Shown here: positions 20,451 to 30,170 of the stretch, one piece after another
Numbering within the stretch: position 1 is the first letter of the stretch
Layout of the letters: every line of letters begins with the position of its first letter
Assembly: GCA_026416845.1 (NCBI GenBank)
Contig: JAOAEL010000006.1
Coordinates: 390-64,389, forward strand
Source of the DNA: Patescibacteria group bacterium
GTDB taxonomy: Bacteria > Patescibacteriota > Microgenomatia > UBA8517
Direction: 5' to 3'
DNA length: 64,000 nucleotides
Notes under the pieces: generated by a model
The model's input: only the letters and a program-made list of their open reading frames with translations
What the model was told of the DNA's origin: nothing
Database searches by the model: none
Program-made: the position numbers and the translations under genes

Positions 20451-20720
20451 TCATGCCTTTTTAATAACCACTCTCCTCTCAACCAAATCATCCATGGCTT
20501 TTTCAAGATAAGAACAATCCTCAGGGAAAAAACTGATCCATTCTTCTAAATCTTCTTTTGTGGCAAATCCGCGAAGATCTAGTGCGCGCAGGATATAGTA
20601 AAGCGGAGGTAACACCTCAAAAATCTTGTCATTTTTCCAGTCAAAAGCTATTGTTTTGTAACCTTTATCTTTATCAGAATCCAAAAAAATTATTGAATCG
20701 CGGTTTAATTTATAAATCAT
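20451..20720 (-). CDS. PqqD-like RiPP recognition element (RRE)
   Basis: 89 aa; three predicted strands then three helices ending L.ERRVV; 1 bp from the AsnB-like gene. Confidence 0.6.
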   Translation of the reverse strand: MIYKLNRDSIIFLDSDKDKGYKTIAFDWKNDKIFEVLPPLYYILRALDLRGFATKEDLEEWISFFPEDCSYLEKAMDDLVERRVVIKKA

Positions 20721-20844
20721 ACTTTCGATTTTTTAAACTTCGAGCAAGTAAAAAAGACACCCCCAAAAAGCACGGGCAGACAAAAAAATAGCAAGGCAAG
20801 CACAAATCAGCAATAAAAAAGCAACTGATGGACTGTTCCCTTAT

Positions 20845-21021
20845 TTACTCTCTTCCCCATTTATGCACTCCAGGCTTTCTTTCTCCGCACTTTTTTACGT
20901 ATACAATTACATTTGAGCACAATTCCTTAAAACCTACCTTCTCAAGACTTAATTCTTCTTGAGAAATTGGCCTTCGCTCGTTAAGGATTGATCTCAAAGT
21001 CTCTAATCTACTAAAAGCTAT
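20845..21021 (-). CDS. small peptide, candidate RiPP precursor (ATA start; alternative TTG 8 codons in)
   Basis: Strong SD AAAGGGGGGTGA then 58 codons: (M)AFSRLETLRSILNERRPISQEELSLEKVGFKELCSNVIVYVKKCGERKPGVHKWGRE. Confidence 0.4.
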   Translation of the reverse strand: MAFSRLETLRSILNERRPISQEELSLEKVGFKELCSNVIVYVKKCGERKPGVHKWGRE

Positions 21022-21138
21022 CCTTAATCACCCCCCTTTATTCGGCATGTCTAACAAGAGTTTATTGTAATACATACTTAAATTGAAAGAGTAAAATTAG
21101 CTTTTCAGGTAAACCAATAATAAAATTCTTTGAATTAA

Positions 21139-22674
21139 CTAGCCTAAATACAAGTTCGTATACTTTTCCTGCAAATAATCTAGAAGGTAGTTAGGATTAA
21201 GATCTTCACCAGTAATTCTCTTGCACAACTCACTTGGCCAATACAAGCTACCGTGCTGGTGAATATTTGAGCGCAACCACGAAAGTATTGCTCCAAATTC
21301 CCCTTTTGAGACTTTTTCAGCAAAATTAATTTCTTTTCTCATCGCATTTGCAAACTGAGCCGCGTAAAGGTTGCCTAGAGTATAAGTTGGAAAGTAACCA
21401 ATACTTCCATAGCTCCAGTGAACATCCTGCAAAACCCCCTCTCGATCAGTTTCTGGAACAACTCCCAGATAATCTCGCATTTTCTCGCGCCAAATTCCTG
21501 GCAAATCCTCTGGTTTGATCTTTTTGTTAATTAACGCTTCTTCTATCTCAAACCTGAGAGCAATATGCAAATTATATGTAACTTCATCTGCTTCCACACG
21601 AATTAGACTTGGCTTTACAATATTAAACAACAAGTGCAATTCTTCTTTGTCCGCTTTGCCAACTTGGTCATTAAACAAAGTATGAAGTATCGGCTCAATA
21701 AAAGAGATAAATTCATAGCTTCTCCCAATTTGGTTTTCCCAAAATCTTGACTGACTTTCATGAATGCCAAGCGACACCCCGCCATCAATGGGAGTGTATT
21801 CATAGTCTCGTAATACTCCTTGTTCATACAAAGCATGTCCCACCTCGTGAATAGCGCTTGCCAAAGAATCGCGAAAGTCATTTACTTTGTATCTTGTTGT
21901 AATCCTGACATCGTCTCTGCCTAGCGTTTCTGTGAAAGGATGTGCTGAAACATCAAGTCTGCCCGCGGTAAAATCGTAACCTAATTTGCGCGCCACAAAA
22001 AGCGCGATTTGTCTTTGGTGCTCTACTGGATAATTTGCATTTTCCGAAAAATACTTTTGAGACAAGGCAACAATTTCATTGTACTTTTTTGAACCTTGAA
22101 CACTTTTAAGCAAATCTTTAAGTTTTGATCGCAACTCATCAAATATTGCTTTTACCTGAGAAAAAGTCAAACCCGGCTCGTAAAGGTCCAAAAGCGCATC
22201 GTATGGATTGCCTTTGTAGCCCAAATGATCAGCAATTAACTGGCAAATATTGACAACTTTTTTAAGATGCGGCAAAAAATCGGCAAAAGAATCTTCTCGC
22301 TTTGCTTTTTGCCAAGCCATAAAGGCTTGAGAAGTAGTTTTGCTAAACTCAACAACCAAACTTTGCGGAACTTTGAAATAATATTTCCCCTGCCAGTTAA
22401 GATTCCTTATTATTGCTTTCTCGGTTTCAGTTAAATCAGATTCGTTTTCAACTTCCTCCAGCAAATTCCTGAGTTTTTTTGATAACCATTTTTCTGATAT
22501 CAACTGAGTAACATAAGCGCTTTGCGCCGCACGACCATCCGCCGCCGCTTCTGGCAAACTGACATTCATGTCATATCCCAAAACAGCCGAAATCTTGCCA
22601 AGCAAATAAATCTCTTTGTACAATGACAAAAGCTCCTGAATCTTTTTATTTTTAGAAACCATAAATTTTAACAA
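21139..22674 (-). CDS. M32 carboxypeptidase (Taq-type)
   Basis: HPF, DVRITTRY, HEVGH, HESQSRFWEN, IRVEADE, QDVHW. Confidence 0.96.
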   Translation of the reverse strand: MLKFMVSKNKKIQELLSLYKEIYLLGKISAVLGYDMNVSLPEAAADGRAAQSAYVTQLISEKWLSKKLRNLLEEVENESDLTETEKAIIRNLNWQGKYYFKVPQSLVVEFSKTTSQAFMAWQKAKREDSFADFLPHLKKVVNICQLIADHLGYKGNPYDALLDLYEPGLTFSQVKAIFDELRSKLKDLLKSVQGSKKYNEIVALSQKYFSENANYPVEHQRQIALFVARKLGYDFTAGRLDVSAHPFTETLGRDDVRITTRYKVNDFRDSLASAIHEVGHALYEQGVLRDYEYTPIDGGVSLGIHESQSRFWENQIGRSYEFISFIEPILHTLFNDQVGKADKEELHLLFNIVKPSLIRVEADEVTYNLHIALRFEIEEALINKKIKPEDLPGIWREKMRDYLGVVPETDREGVLQDVHWSYGSIGYFPTYTLGNLYAAQFANAMRKEINFAEKVSKGEFGAILSWLRSNIHQHGSLYWPSELCKRITGEDLNPNYLLDYLQEKYTNLYLG

Positions 22675-22732
22675 ATTTTAAACATTAAATTCCGAAATAA
22701 TCAACATTTTTCAAACACAACCATATAATAGC

Positions 22733-23227
22733 ATGAAAATTTATATTTTCAGACACGGACAGACAATAGAATCAAAATATAATTTGGCATATTCCAGAGA
22801 ACGTAAATTAACAGCCGAAATCCTGCCTGAAACCATTCCAGTAATAGAAAAACTGGGTAAGTTTCTCTCCCAAGTGAAAACCGATGCCAATTTTACATCC
22901 CCTGTAAAAAGATGTTTGCAAACTGTTGAAATTATAAAAAAGGTAAGCGGCAAAGAATTTGAAGTAGATGAAAATATAAAAGAATGGATGGATCCAGAAG
23001 AAAGCTTTGAAAGTCTCGTTCAAAGAGTAAGTCGCTTCTATGAAAAAATCTCAAGTTCAAATTATAATTCAGTGGCATTATGCTCGCATGGCGCCATTTT
23101 GGCAGGAATAAAATCTTTTTTTGAAAATCAAAATTTTCCAATACAAAATCTTCATGACTACCCAAGCCCGGGAGTATTAATTGTTTTGGATAGTAAAACT
23201 AAAAATATAGAACAAATTAATTTTTAA
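22733..23227 (+). CDS. histidine phosphatase family protein
   Basis: FRHGQT, SPVKRCLQT, CSHG. Confidence 0.9.
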   Translation: MKIYIFRHGQTIESKYNLAYSRERKLTAEILPETIPVIEKLGKFLSQVKTDANFTSPVKRCLQTVEIIKKVSGKEFEVDENIKEWMDPEESFESLVQRVSRFYEKISSSNYNSVALCSHGAILAGIKSFFENQNFPIQNLHDYPSPGVLIVLDSKTKNIEQINF

Positions 23228-23280
23228 ACAAAAAACCATATTTTTAAATTTCTATCTATCTGTATCTTCAATTTCAAAAA

Positions 23281-23742
23281 TCACTTTCTTGCAAATTGAG
23301 ATTGCCGAGATGCTTGCCGTAACACATCTCGTCTAGTTTGAGGATAAAGCCAATAAGGAACATCAACTCCTCCGGCATCTTCTATAAGCAAACCATCAAT
23401 TATCTCTTTTGCAACTTTAGCCTTGCCTTTGGGAAGCATTTTTATTTCTAGAGTATGAGCAGGATTTTTGCCAATAATTGTAATAGAATCAAAAAATGGA
23501 GAATGTGTTAACACAATTCTGCCTACATCTTTTACAGGAATCGTCTCTACATAAGAAAACAAAAATTCCCTCCTAATAACAGATATCGTCTTTTCTTGGA
23601 TAACCAACTCATCAGGGAAAAAATCAAACGGCCAAAAAGCTTTGACCCTAAATAGTTCTCTGTTAAAATTTTTAGTAGTGGGCAATGTATTAGATTCGTA
23701 AATACCTGATTGTATTTTTGAAGGGTAAGGTTTTGTTCTCAT
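23281..23742 (-). CDS. hypothetical protein, PH-like fold
   Basis: PFDFFPDELVI...ISVIRR.F...ETIP..D pattern. Confidence 0.6.
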   Translation of the reverse strand: MRTKPYPSKIQSGIYESNTLPTTKNFNRELFRVKAFWPFDFFPDELVIQEKTISVIRREFLFSYVETIPVKDVGRIVLTHSPFFDSITIIGKNPAHTLEIKMLPKGKAKVAKEIIDGLLIEDAGGVDVPYWLYPQTRRDVLRQASRQSQFARK

Positions 23743-23746
23743 TAAG

Positions 23747-24349
23747 TTACAAAAAAAGAGCTAATAAAAAAACCAACACCAAATTCGCCCCTACATACAA
23801 AACTTGTTGCGCTTTTGATAAATCAAACGGCATAGCACAAAACCAGTCATTTATGTTTCTTTTCTCATATAATTCCAAAAGTTGCTGGATAACCAAACTA
23901 AACAAAAAAAAGACAACAATACCTTTACCAACAATTGATCCACCAGAAGAAACTACCCAAAAAGCAACCATAACAAGTATTAACTGAAAATGAGCAGTAT
24001 GCAGAATAAATTTGTTTCTTTCGTTGTGTGTCAAAAAAAGCAATTTAATTCCTGAAAGGAAATTGCCTTTTGAAAAATAAGCCTTCACCCTTTGAGATGT
24101 TAACTCATTCGGACAAATACCATAAACATATATCAAATGATCCAAATAAGGAAGTAAATAACCGACTATGGCTCCATAAATAAAAGGCAAAACAAAACTA
24201 TATAAAGTAGATAAATCAAAAGAAAAAAACCATCGTTTAAATAGACTAACTAAAAACAAGAGTACAAAGAATAGAATCGTGCGAGTAATTGCTTTTTCCT
24301 TCATAATAACTACTATCTTGCACCCAATCTTTAACAAACGCAATATCAA
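23747..24349 (-). CDS. integral membrane protein
   Basis: Multiple TM segments; LPYLDH and LHT motifs. Confidence 0.7.
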   Translation of the reverse strand: MILRLLKIGCKIVVIMKEKAITRTILFFVLLFLVSLFKRWFFSFDLSTLYSFVLPFIYGAIVGYLLPYLDHLIYVYGICPNELTSQRVKAYFSKGNFLSGIKLLFLTHNERNKFILHTAHFQLILVMVAFWVVSSGGSIVGKGIVVFFLFSLVIQQLLELYEKRNINDWFCAMPFDLSKAQQVLYVGANLVLVFLLALFL

Positions 24350-24621
24350 CCTTTCTTATTCGCTTGTTCTTTTAGTTGCTTTAACTTCCACAAATACAAT
24401 CTGCCTTTTGATTTAACATTGACAGCATCTCTTACAAAAGCTCGCGCTGATTCCAAAAGTCCTCTGGGATTTTCTTTGGCAAGTTTGATATAAAGAGAAA
24501 CCTTTTTCGGCTCACCAAGCTCCATTGCCAAATCATAACCATATTGTTGAAACTCGCGAGAAACATATTTATCTAAAGCTATATTTTTTGGCTTAATATC
24601 CCTTAGTTTAGTGAACGTCAT
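24346..24621 (-). CDS. small basic hypothetical protein
   Basis: SREFQ.YG..LA.EL...LYIKLAK pattern; likely start MTFTKL. Confidence 0.7.
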   Translation of the reverse strand: MTFTKLRDIKPKNIALDKYVSREFQQYGYDLAMELGEPKKVSLYIKLAKENPRGLLESARAFVRDAVNVKSKGRLYLWKLKQLKEQANKKG

Positions 24622-24626
24622 AAAAT

Positions 24627-25175
24627 TTAAGATTCCAAAACCGGCAAATTTAAACACACAGCCAAATCTTTGACAACTTTGTCTATCGTACGGTCAAGAA
24701 CTTCTAGTTCCGCGCTGGAAAATTTTTCCAAAACATATTGTTCACCGGGCATTCTATCTCCCAACTTACGATTGTCAATTCCAACCCTAATCCTGTTAAA
24801 ATCTTTAGTTCCTAACTCATGCTCAATGGACAAAATTCCTCCATGCACCTTTGGACCAATACCAAATTGTATTTTGTATTCTCCCAATCTAATATCCAAA
24901 TCATCATGTACAACATATAAATCACCTGCCGAAATTCTGTAATAATTTACTAATGCCGCAACCGCTTCACCTACATTGTTCATAAAAGTGTTTGGCCATG
25001 CAAGTATTGTGTTGTTAATAATTTTAACTGCACTTTTAAGTCTGGCACTATTTTTTCTCTTCGAAGAACTTGAATCTAGAAAATTTACCAATTTATCAAG
25101 AACCATAAACCCAACATTATGCCTGGTCTCACGATACTTATTCCCAGGATTACCAAGCCCCACTACCAAATTCAT
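24627..25175 (-). CDS. pth: peptidyl-tRNA hydrolase
   Basis: VGLGNPG..Y..TRHNVGF, TFMN, VVHDDLD, RIRVGI. Confidence 0.97.
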   Translation of the reverse strand: MNLVVGLGNPGNKYRETRHNVGFMVLDKLVNFLDSSSSKRKNSARLKSAVKIINNTILAWPNTFMNNVGEAVAALVNYYRISAGDLYVVHDDLDIRLGEYKIQFGIGPKVHGGILSIEHELGTKDFNRIRVGIDNRKLGDRMPGEQYVLEKFSSAELEVLDRTIDKVVKDLAVCLNLPVLES

Positions 25176-25214
25176 AACTTACATTTTAACAAAACAAACA
25201 CTTTTAAATGAAGT

Positions 25215-25535
25215 TTACTTTGAAGCTATTTTTTTTGCTAATCTTCCCAGAACAGGAAATACAAACTCATCACCCTGCCAAGCTTTGTATATTAAAATAA
25301 GCCAAACCAAAAATGTAAAAACAGACAAAAGAGGTATGATTGAAGCAAATATATAAGCAAAACCAAAAACAAGATTTAGAATAAGCAAGAATCCAACAAC
25401 AAATATTGACTGCACACAATGAAATCGGATAAAACGATCTTTCTCCAACAACAAAAGCACTATAGCACTAACAGGTCCCAAGACATAAGAAAAAGCGGCA
25501 ACATTCTCTTTACCTAAGATTTTACTTAGTCTCAT
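25215..25535 (-). CDS. DUF4870-like small membrane protein
   Basis: AAFSY.LG, FIRFHCVQS, KAWQG..F.FPVLG. Confidence 0.8.
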   Translation of the reverse strand: MRLSKILGKENVAAFSYVLGPVSAIVLLLLEKDRFIRFHCVQSIFVVGFLLILNLVFGFAYIFASIIPLLSVFTFLVWLILIYKAWQGDEFVFPVLGRLAKKIASK

Positions 25536-25857
25536 TCTGAGCTTTAGTATTTAGCATGTCTTGTCAAAAATCAAGAAAGAAAAAATTTTTGAATGAATGA
25601 AAAAAGATCCAATGATAATATTTACTACCTAATTTTTAAATTGGGTACTAAATGCTTGCCACAACCACACCACAAAGAAAGATATCCACTATTCTCTTTG
25701 ATAGAAAGACTCCTAATAAACCTTTTTCTTTGAAGCTTTCTCCTATAAAAGCCCAGCCATTTCATGTTTTTTACCTCTAATTTTTTAAGTACAATAAAAC
25801 AAAAATATAAAAATTGCTTCTGGCAAATTTTTCTATGTATCAAAGCAACTCAGACAC

Positions 25858-25901
25858 TTAGAGGAAGACCTGCCTCTCCCGTATAACAGGTCTTCCTCTA
25901 A
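25858..25901. repeat. perfect 15-bp inverted repeat (hairpin)
   Basis: TTAGAGGAAGACCTG - 14 nt - CAGGTCTTCCTCTAA. Confidence 0.9.
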
Positions 25902-26095
25902 ATACCCAAATTGGGAGTTATGACAATCAAGCTAATGCTACAACTAAATAAAATCTATAACTTGACAACAATCTGACTAGATCCTAGTGAAAATCAAAAT
26001 TTTTTCTTAAGTCTAAGAAATTGTGCCAAGCGCAATATCTGCGTATAATATCTAAATATTGAGCAAAAACCTCTCAAATCGAAAATAAAAATATT

Positions 26096-27769
26096 ATGAA
26101 AATCCAAACTAGCAAAGCTAAATCAAAAAAAACAGATCGAATAAAACAAGAAATATCTAAACTATGTCAGAAAATAATCGCTGAACGCAAAAAAAATAAA
26201 TCAGCAATAAATCAGTTAAATAATATAGTTAATACATCTTTGATAGGAATTGAAGTTCCAAAATCAGATGAAAGAAAAAATAAGGCACTAAATTTCAGTG
26301 TGCTATCAGAAATGCTTGCGCTAATTCAAAAATTGTGTAATCAAAATTATTTACAAAAGTTTGAAAATTTCATCAATAAAGATATAGACAAAAAATCAAA
26401 AGAAGAAGTTATCCTTGCCCTTATCAATTTCTTGCTCTTTTTAGACAAAAACTCATACAAACAAATTGCCAGCGTAAGATCATCAAATGTGTCGCTTTTA
26501 CCAATACAATTAATACTTAACTTAAGAAAAAAGCTGCCAAAGGATAAAAGGTTTGGTTTGGGATATGACTTACTGCCAATTAGATTTTCTAACTACGAAA
26601 AGTTGAACAGTATAATCAAAGTGCAACAATTTGATAATCTCTATCCTCAAAACGCAGTGAATGTGGCAAAAGCATTTCTTAAACACAAGAATAACACAAT
26701 TCCAAGATACAATTTTGTGTTTGGTTTTTTAAGGTACTTAACTATCTATGACGCGAGAAACGTAGAAAAAGGTATAAAAAAACTTATCAAAGAGCTAAAA
26801 CTTGGAAAAAATCAATTAACTTATCTAAAAAAAATTATCAATCATTGCAAGGCATATAGGATAATCACAGCAGAGAGTTCAGAAAAGTTATATATTTGCA
26901 ATAAAGCATTTGAGGCTGTTTGTAAAAATCCTTTTATCGATGCCGCAGATATTGGTAAAACAATAGACGATAAGATTAGAAATGTTAACATAATGCTTTT
27001 CACTGGAGCTTTTGCCGGGTTTACAGTGGCTCACTACGACACAATAAATCTGATACAAAACTTTAACAAAAGAAACAAAAAACCATCAACACAATCACTA
27101 GTAGTAATAGCTCCAATCACTAAACCATGGGAAATACCAGCAAAAACACTTGGCAAGTCACCCGCTCTCATAGGTCACATAACTCCAAGGATCCAAACAA
27201 TCATGCTTGGCATTGCTTTTACTAAAAGAGGTGAAGTATCTATCACAACCAATTCTGTCCCTGACCCAAAAAAGACAATCAGCCCACAAGAAAGAATTAT
27301 AAAAATACAAGAAAATTTGAAAAAATCAATTCAAGAAAAAAAGCCTGACATAAAAATGAAAATAACACGATGCATTGGGATTGATAATATTGATACAATA
27401 CTTGACGGAACAAAAAAAGGTAAATATCCTTACGAAATTTTATTAATAGGAAGACGAGGTAAACTCATAGAAACATTGCAAAATGTATCTCAACTACAAA
27501 AAATAAAAAATGTCACAACAATAATCACTCCAGGAATAGAAAAAACTAGTTCTTCAAAAGCTATTGATAGCTATATCAATCAAAACAACGATGAATATTG
27601 GCCCTTGGCGACAATACCTGTTGCAAAACAATACTGGTCTTATCAGGCAATCACATCAAGACAATCAAAGCATTTGCTAGAAAACGATTATGTTCCAACA
27701 ATAGAGCAAATTTATAAAAATTTATTGAAAAAATATCCTAAACTTTTGCAACAGAACTGCCAAAATTAA
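26096..27769 (+). CDS. hypothetical protein with C-terminal divergent HIGH-superfamily (NadD/cytidylyltransferase-like) domain
   Basis: MLFTGAFAGFTVAH, CIGIDN, TSSSKAI in the expected order. Confidence 0.55.
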   Translation: MKIQTSKAKSKKTDRIKQEISKLCQKIIAERKKNKSAINQLNNIVNTSLIGIEVPKSDERKNKALNFSVLSEMLALIQKLCNQNYLQKFENFINKDIDKKSKEEVILALINFLLFLDKNSYKQIASVRSSNVSLLPIQLILNLRKKLPKDKRFGLGYDLLPIRFSNYEKLNSIIKVQQFDNLYPQNAVNVAKAFLKHKNNTIPRYNFVFGFLRYLTIYDARNVEKGIKKLIKELKLGKNQLTYLKKIINHCKAYRIITAESSEKLYICNKAFEAVCKNPFIDAADIGKTIDDKIRNVNIMLFTGAFAGFTVAHYDTINLIQNFNKRNKKPSTQSLVVIAPITKPWEIPAKTLGKSPALIGHITPRIQTIMLGIAFTKRGEVSITTNSVPDPKKTISPQERIIKIQENLKKSIQEKKPDIKMKITRCIGIDNIDTILDGTKKGKYPYEILLIGRRGKLIETLQNVSQLQKIKNVTTIITPGIEKTSSSKAIDSYINQNNDEYWPLATIPVAKQYWSYQAITSRQSKHLLENDYVPTIEQIYKNLLKKYPKLLQQNCQN

Positions 27770-29114
27770 ATTTGTATCCCCTTCCCCTTAGAGTAACAAT
27801 TTCCGTGGCAACACCAATTCTTTTTAATTTCTTACGAAGCTTGCTGATTACTTGATCTATCGCCCAGTCTGAATACTTTTCGTAACTTAAGTCTCCCCAC
27901 AATTCCAAACCAACAGCTTCTCTTGTTAATAATTTCCCCGGATTTTTCAAAAACAAAGCAAGTATTGCATATTCCTGCCTTGTAAAACTCTCTTCCACAG
28001 TAGCGCCATTTAGCAAAATCGCCCCGCTTACCGGATCCAAAGATAAACTTGGTGTAAATTTTGCTCTATCCTCGCTTCCTATGGCTTTTAAAACTACATT
28101 TGTAAACAATTCAGAAAATAGCTCATAACCATTACCTTTTATTTCACGAACTAAACCAAGTTGAATCAGGTACTTCATATAAACATTGTCTTTTTGTGTT
28201 ATCTGATTTCCAACAACAATCGACTTAAGCAATTGCTTCTCTTGCAAGCTTTGTCTATCAAAAATTCCAGTGGCAATTGATCTTAACTCATAATGATCCA
28301 AAAGAAGGCTTCTTATTACCTTTTCTTCTTTATTAAAACTATCTCTTATAATTCTTACTCCAACGCGCAAGGAATAAGGATGCCCGCCACAAACTTGTTT
28401 TAATACATTCTTTAAGTCATCAGTAATAACACATTTAAATTCATCAGCAAAACTATCTATCAAATAATCCAAATCGGCTCCAATGCGCAATGGAATATAA
28501 ATTACATTTTGAAGAATCAACTCAGAAAGTTCATCCCAAACATAAATGCTTTCCTGATTTTCAGAAACAGTAATCATCAAAAAGACATATTGCAAATTTG
28601 GATAAGCTTTCAACCAAAGATTTTTCAAATTATTAAAAAAGACTTTGTTAGCAAACTTCAATTCATCAAACTCACCAAAGAAAAAAACTATTCTAAAATT
28701 TTTAGATGCAAGTTCTAGAATAAAACTCCTTAAAGCTTCCAACAAAACCTGATAAGAAACATTTTTACTATCCAATAAATCAAACAACTGAAAGTTAATC
28801 TCTATTTTTTTGTGATTTTTTTTAACAATCTCAAATAAACTCTTTGCCATTAACTGCAAATAACCAATCAAGGATTCTTCAGTCAACTCCAAAGGTTCAA
28901 CATAAACCAAAAAATACCTCTGATAATCAGGTAGTTCTTTTTCAAATAAACTAATGTTTTCTATAATAAACTTATTCCATATTCTTCTACCTGCCATAGG
29001 CACCCATACAGTAGTTACACATTCATTACGTTTAATACACTGAAACAAAGAATCCGCGTATGAATGAATTGTTTCGGGTATGGCAGGATAGAAATATGGA
29101 TTTGAACTATCCAT
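27738..29114 (-). CDS. degenerate STAND/AAA-like NTPase with C-terminal OmpR-type winged helix
   Basis: VPMAGRR (eroded Walker A), FFFGEFDEL (Walker B), GGHPY; AIDQVISKLRKKL...TLRGRGYK. Confidence 0.8.
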   Translation of the reverse strand: MDSSNPYFYPAIPETIHSYADSLFQCIKRNECVTTVWVPMAGRRIWNKFIIENISLFEKELPDYQRYFLVYVEPLELTEESLIGYLQLMAKSLFEIVKKNHKKIEINFQLFDLLDSKNVSYQVLLEALRSFILELASKNFRIVFFFGEFDELKFANKVFFNNLKNLWLKAYPNLQYVFLMITVSENQESIYVWDELSELILQNVIYIPLRIGADLDYLIDSFADEFKCVITDDLKNVLKQVCGGHPYSLRVGVRIIRDSFNKEEKVIRSLLLDHYELRSIATGIFDRQSLQEKQLLKSIVVGNQITQKDNVYMKYLIQLGLVREIKGNGYELFSELFTNVVLKAIGSEDRAKFTPSLSLDPVSGAILLNGATVEESFTRQEYAILALFLKNPGKLLTREAVGLELWGDLSYEKYSDWAIDQVISKLRKKLKRIGVATEIVTLRGRGYKFNFGSSVAKV

Positions 29115-29210
29115 TAATTAAACATTTAAAAAGCACTTAAATTCTAAACTTAAAGCCTTAAAACGTCAATGAAAACTGCAAAAATATTTATTTTTTTGTA
29201 ATATTAATTA

Positions 29211-30170
29211 GTGGATATATTATCTAAAGCAATTATTCTTCTTGCCGCGCTTTTTATTTTGGGAAAAAGCGCAGACATTGTTATCAAGAATTTAATCAGA
29301 ATTTCTTCAGCTCTGTCATGGAACAAATTTGTTGTCGCTTTCGTAATACTCGGGATTGCAACTTCCACCCCAGAACTTTTTGTCGGCATAAATTCAGCTT
29401 TGGATGGCAATACACAACTTTCTTTGGGAAACATAATGGGTGCAACAATTGTTCTAATAGGATTGATAATTGGCAGCACAGCGTTTTTTGTTGGCAAGGT
29501 TTCTCTAAGCAATTTGCTTACACCAAAAGAAATTTTTCTTATGGTAGGAACCATAATTTTGCCAATTTTCATGCTTTTGGATCTGGAACTTTCCAGAATT
29601 GATGCAGTTGTCTGTATTTTTGCATACACAATATACATGTACTACATGTATCTAACACACACAAAATACCAAAGAAAACACATAAAATCCACTATAGAAA
29701 ATACAAACCAATTAACTTTTCAAAAAAGTATATTGATGTTTCTTTTAGGTTTCATAGGGGTATCTGTATCTTCTAGGCTTGCCGTCAGCAATGCTCTTTC
29801 AATTGCGCAAGCGCTAAACATCCCTACATTGATAATAGGAGTTTTAATTTTTGCAATAGGCACAAACCTGCCTGAGCTTGTTTTAGCTCTTAAGGCAATA
29901 AAAACAAAAAACAAAAATATTGTTTTAGGAAACGTTTTAGGAAGCGCTACCACCAATACCTTAGTAATCTCGCTTGCCAGCATAATTAATCCAACACAAG
30001 TTAACGATTCCGAAGTGTTTGTATCTTCCGCAATATTTTTGCTTGCAATAGTTGCAGCATTTTCATATTTTATCAAAACTAAAAACGAAATTTCCAAAGA
30101 AGAAGGAGCAATATTGCTTGGTTTGTATGTTGTTTTTGTGCTAGTTGAAATTGCAACGAAAATGCTCTAA
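29211..30170 (+). CDS. CaCA-family Na+/Ca2+ antiporter
   Basis: Alpha repeats ATSTPEL..GNIMG and GTNLPEL..GNVLGS. Confidence 0.93.
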   Translation: MDILSKAIILLAALFILGKSADIVIKNLIRISSALSWNKFVVAFVILGIATSTPELFVGINSALDGNTQLSLGNIMGATIVLIGLIIGSTAFFVGKVSLSNLLTPKEIFLMVGTIILPIFMLLDLELSRIDAVVCIFAYTIYMYYMYLTHTKYQRKHIKSTIENTNQLTFQKSILMFLLGFIGVSVSSRLAVSNALSIAQALNIPTLIIGVLIFAIGTNLPELVLALKAIKTKNKNIVLGNVLGSATTNTLVISLASIINPTQVNDSEVFVSSAIFLLAIVAAFSYFIKTKNEISKEEGAILLGLYVVFVLVEIATKML

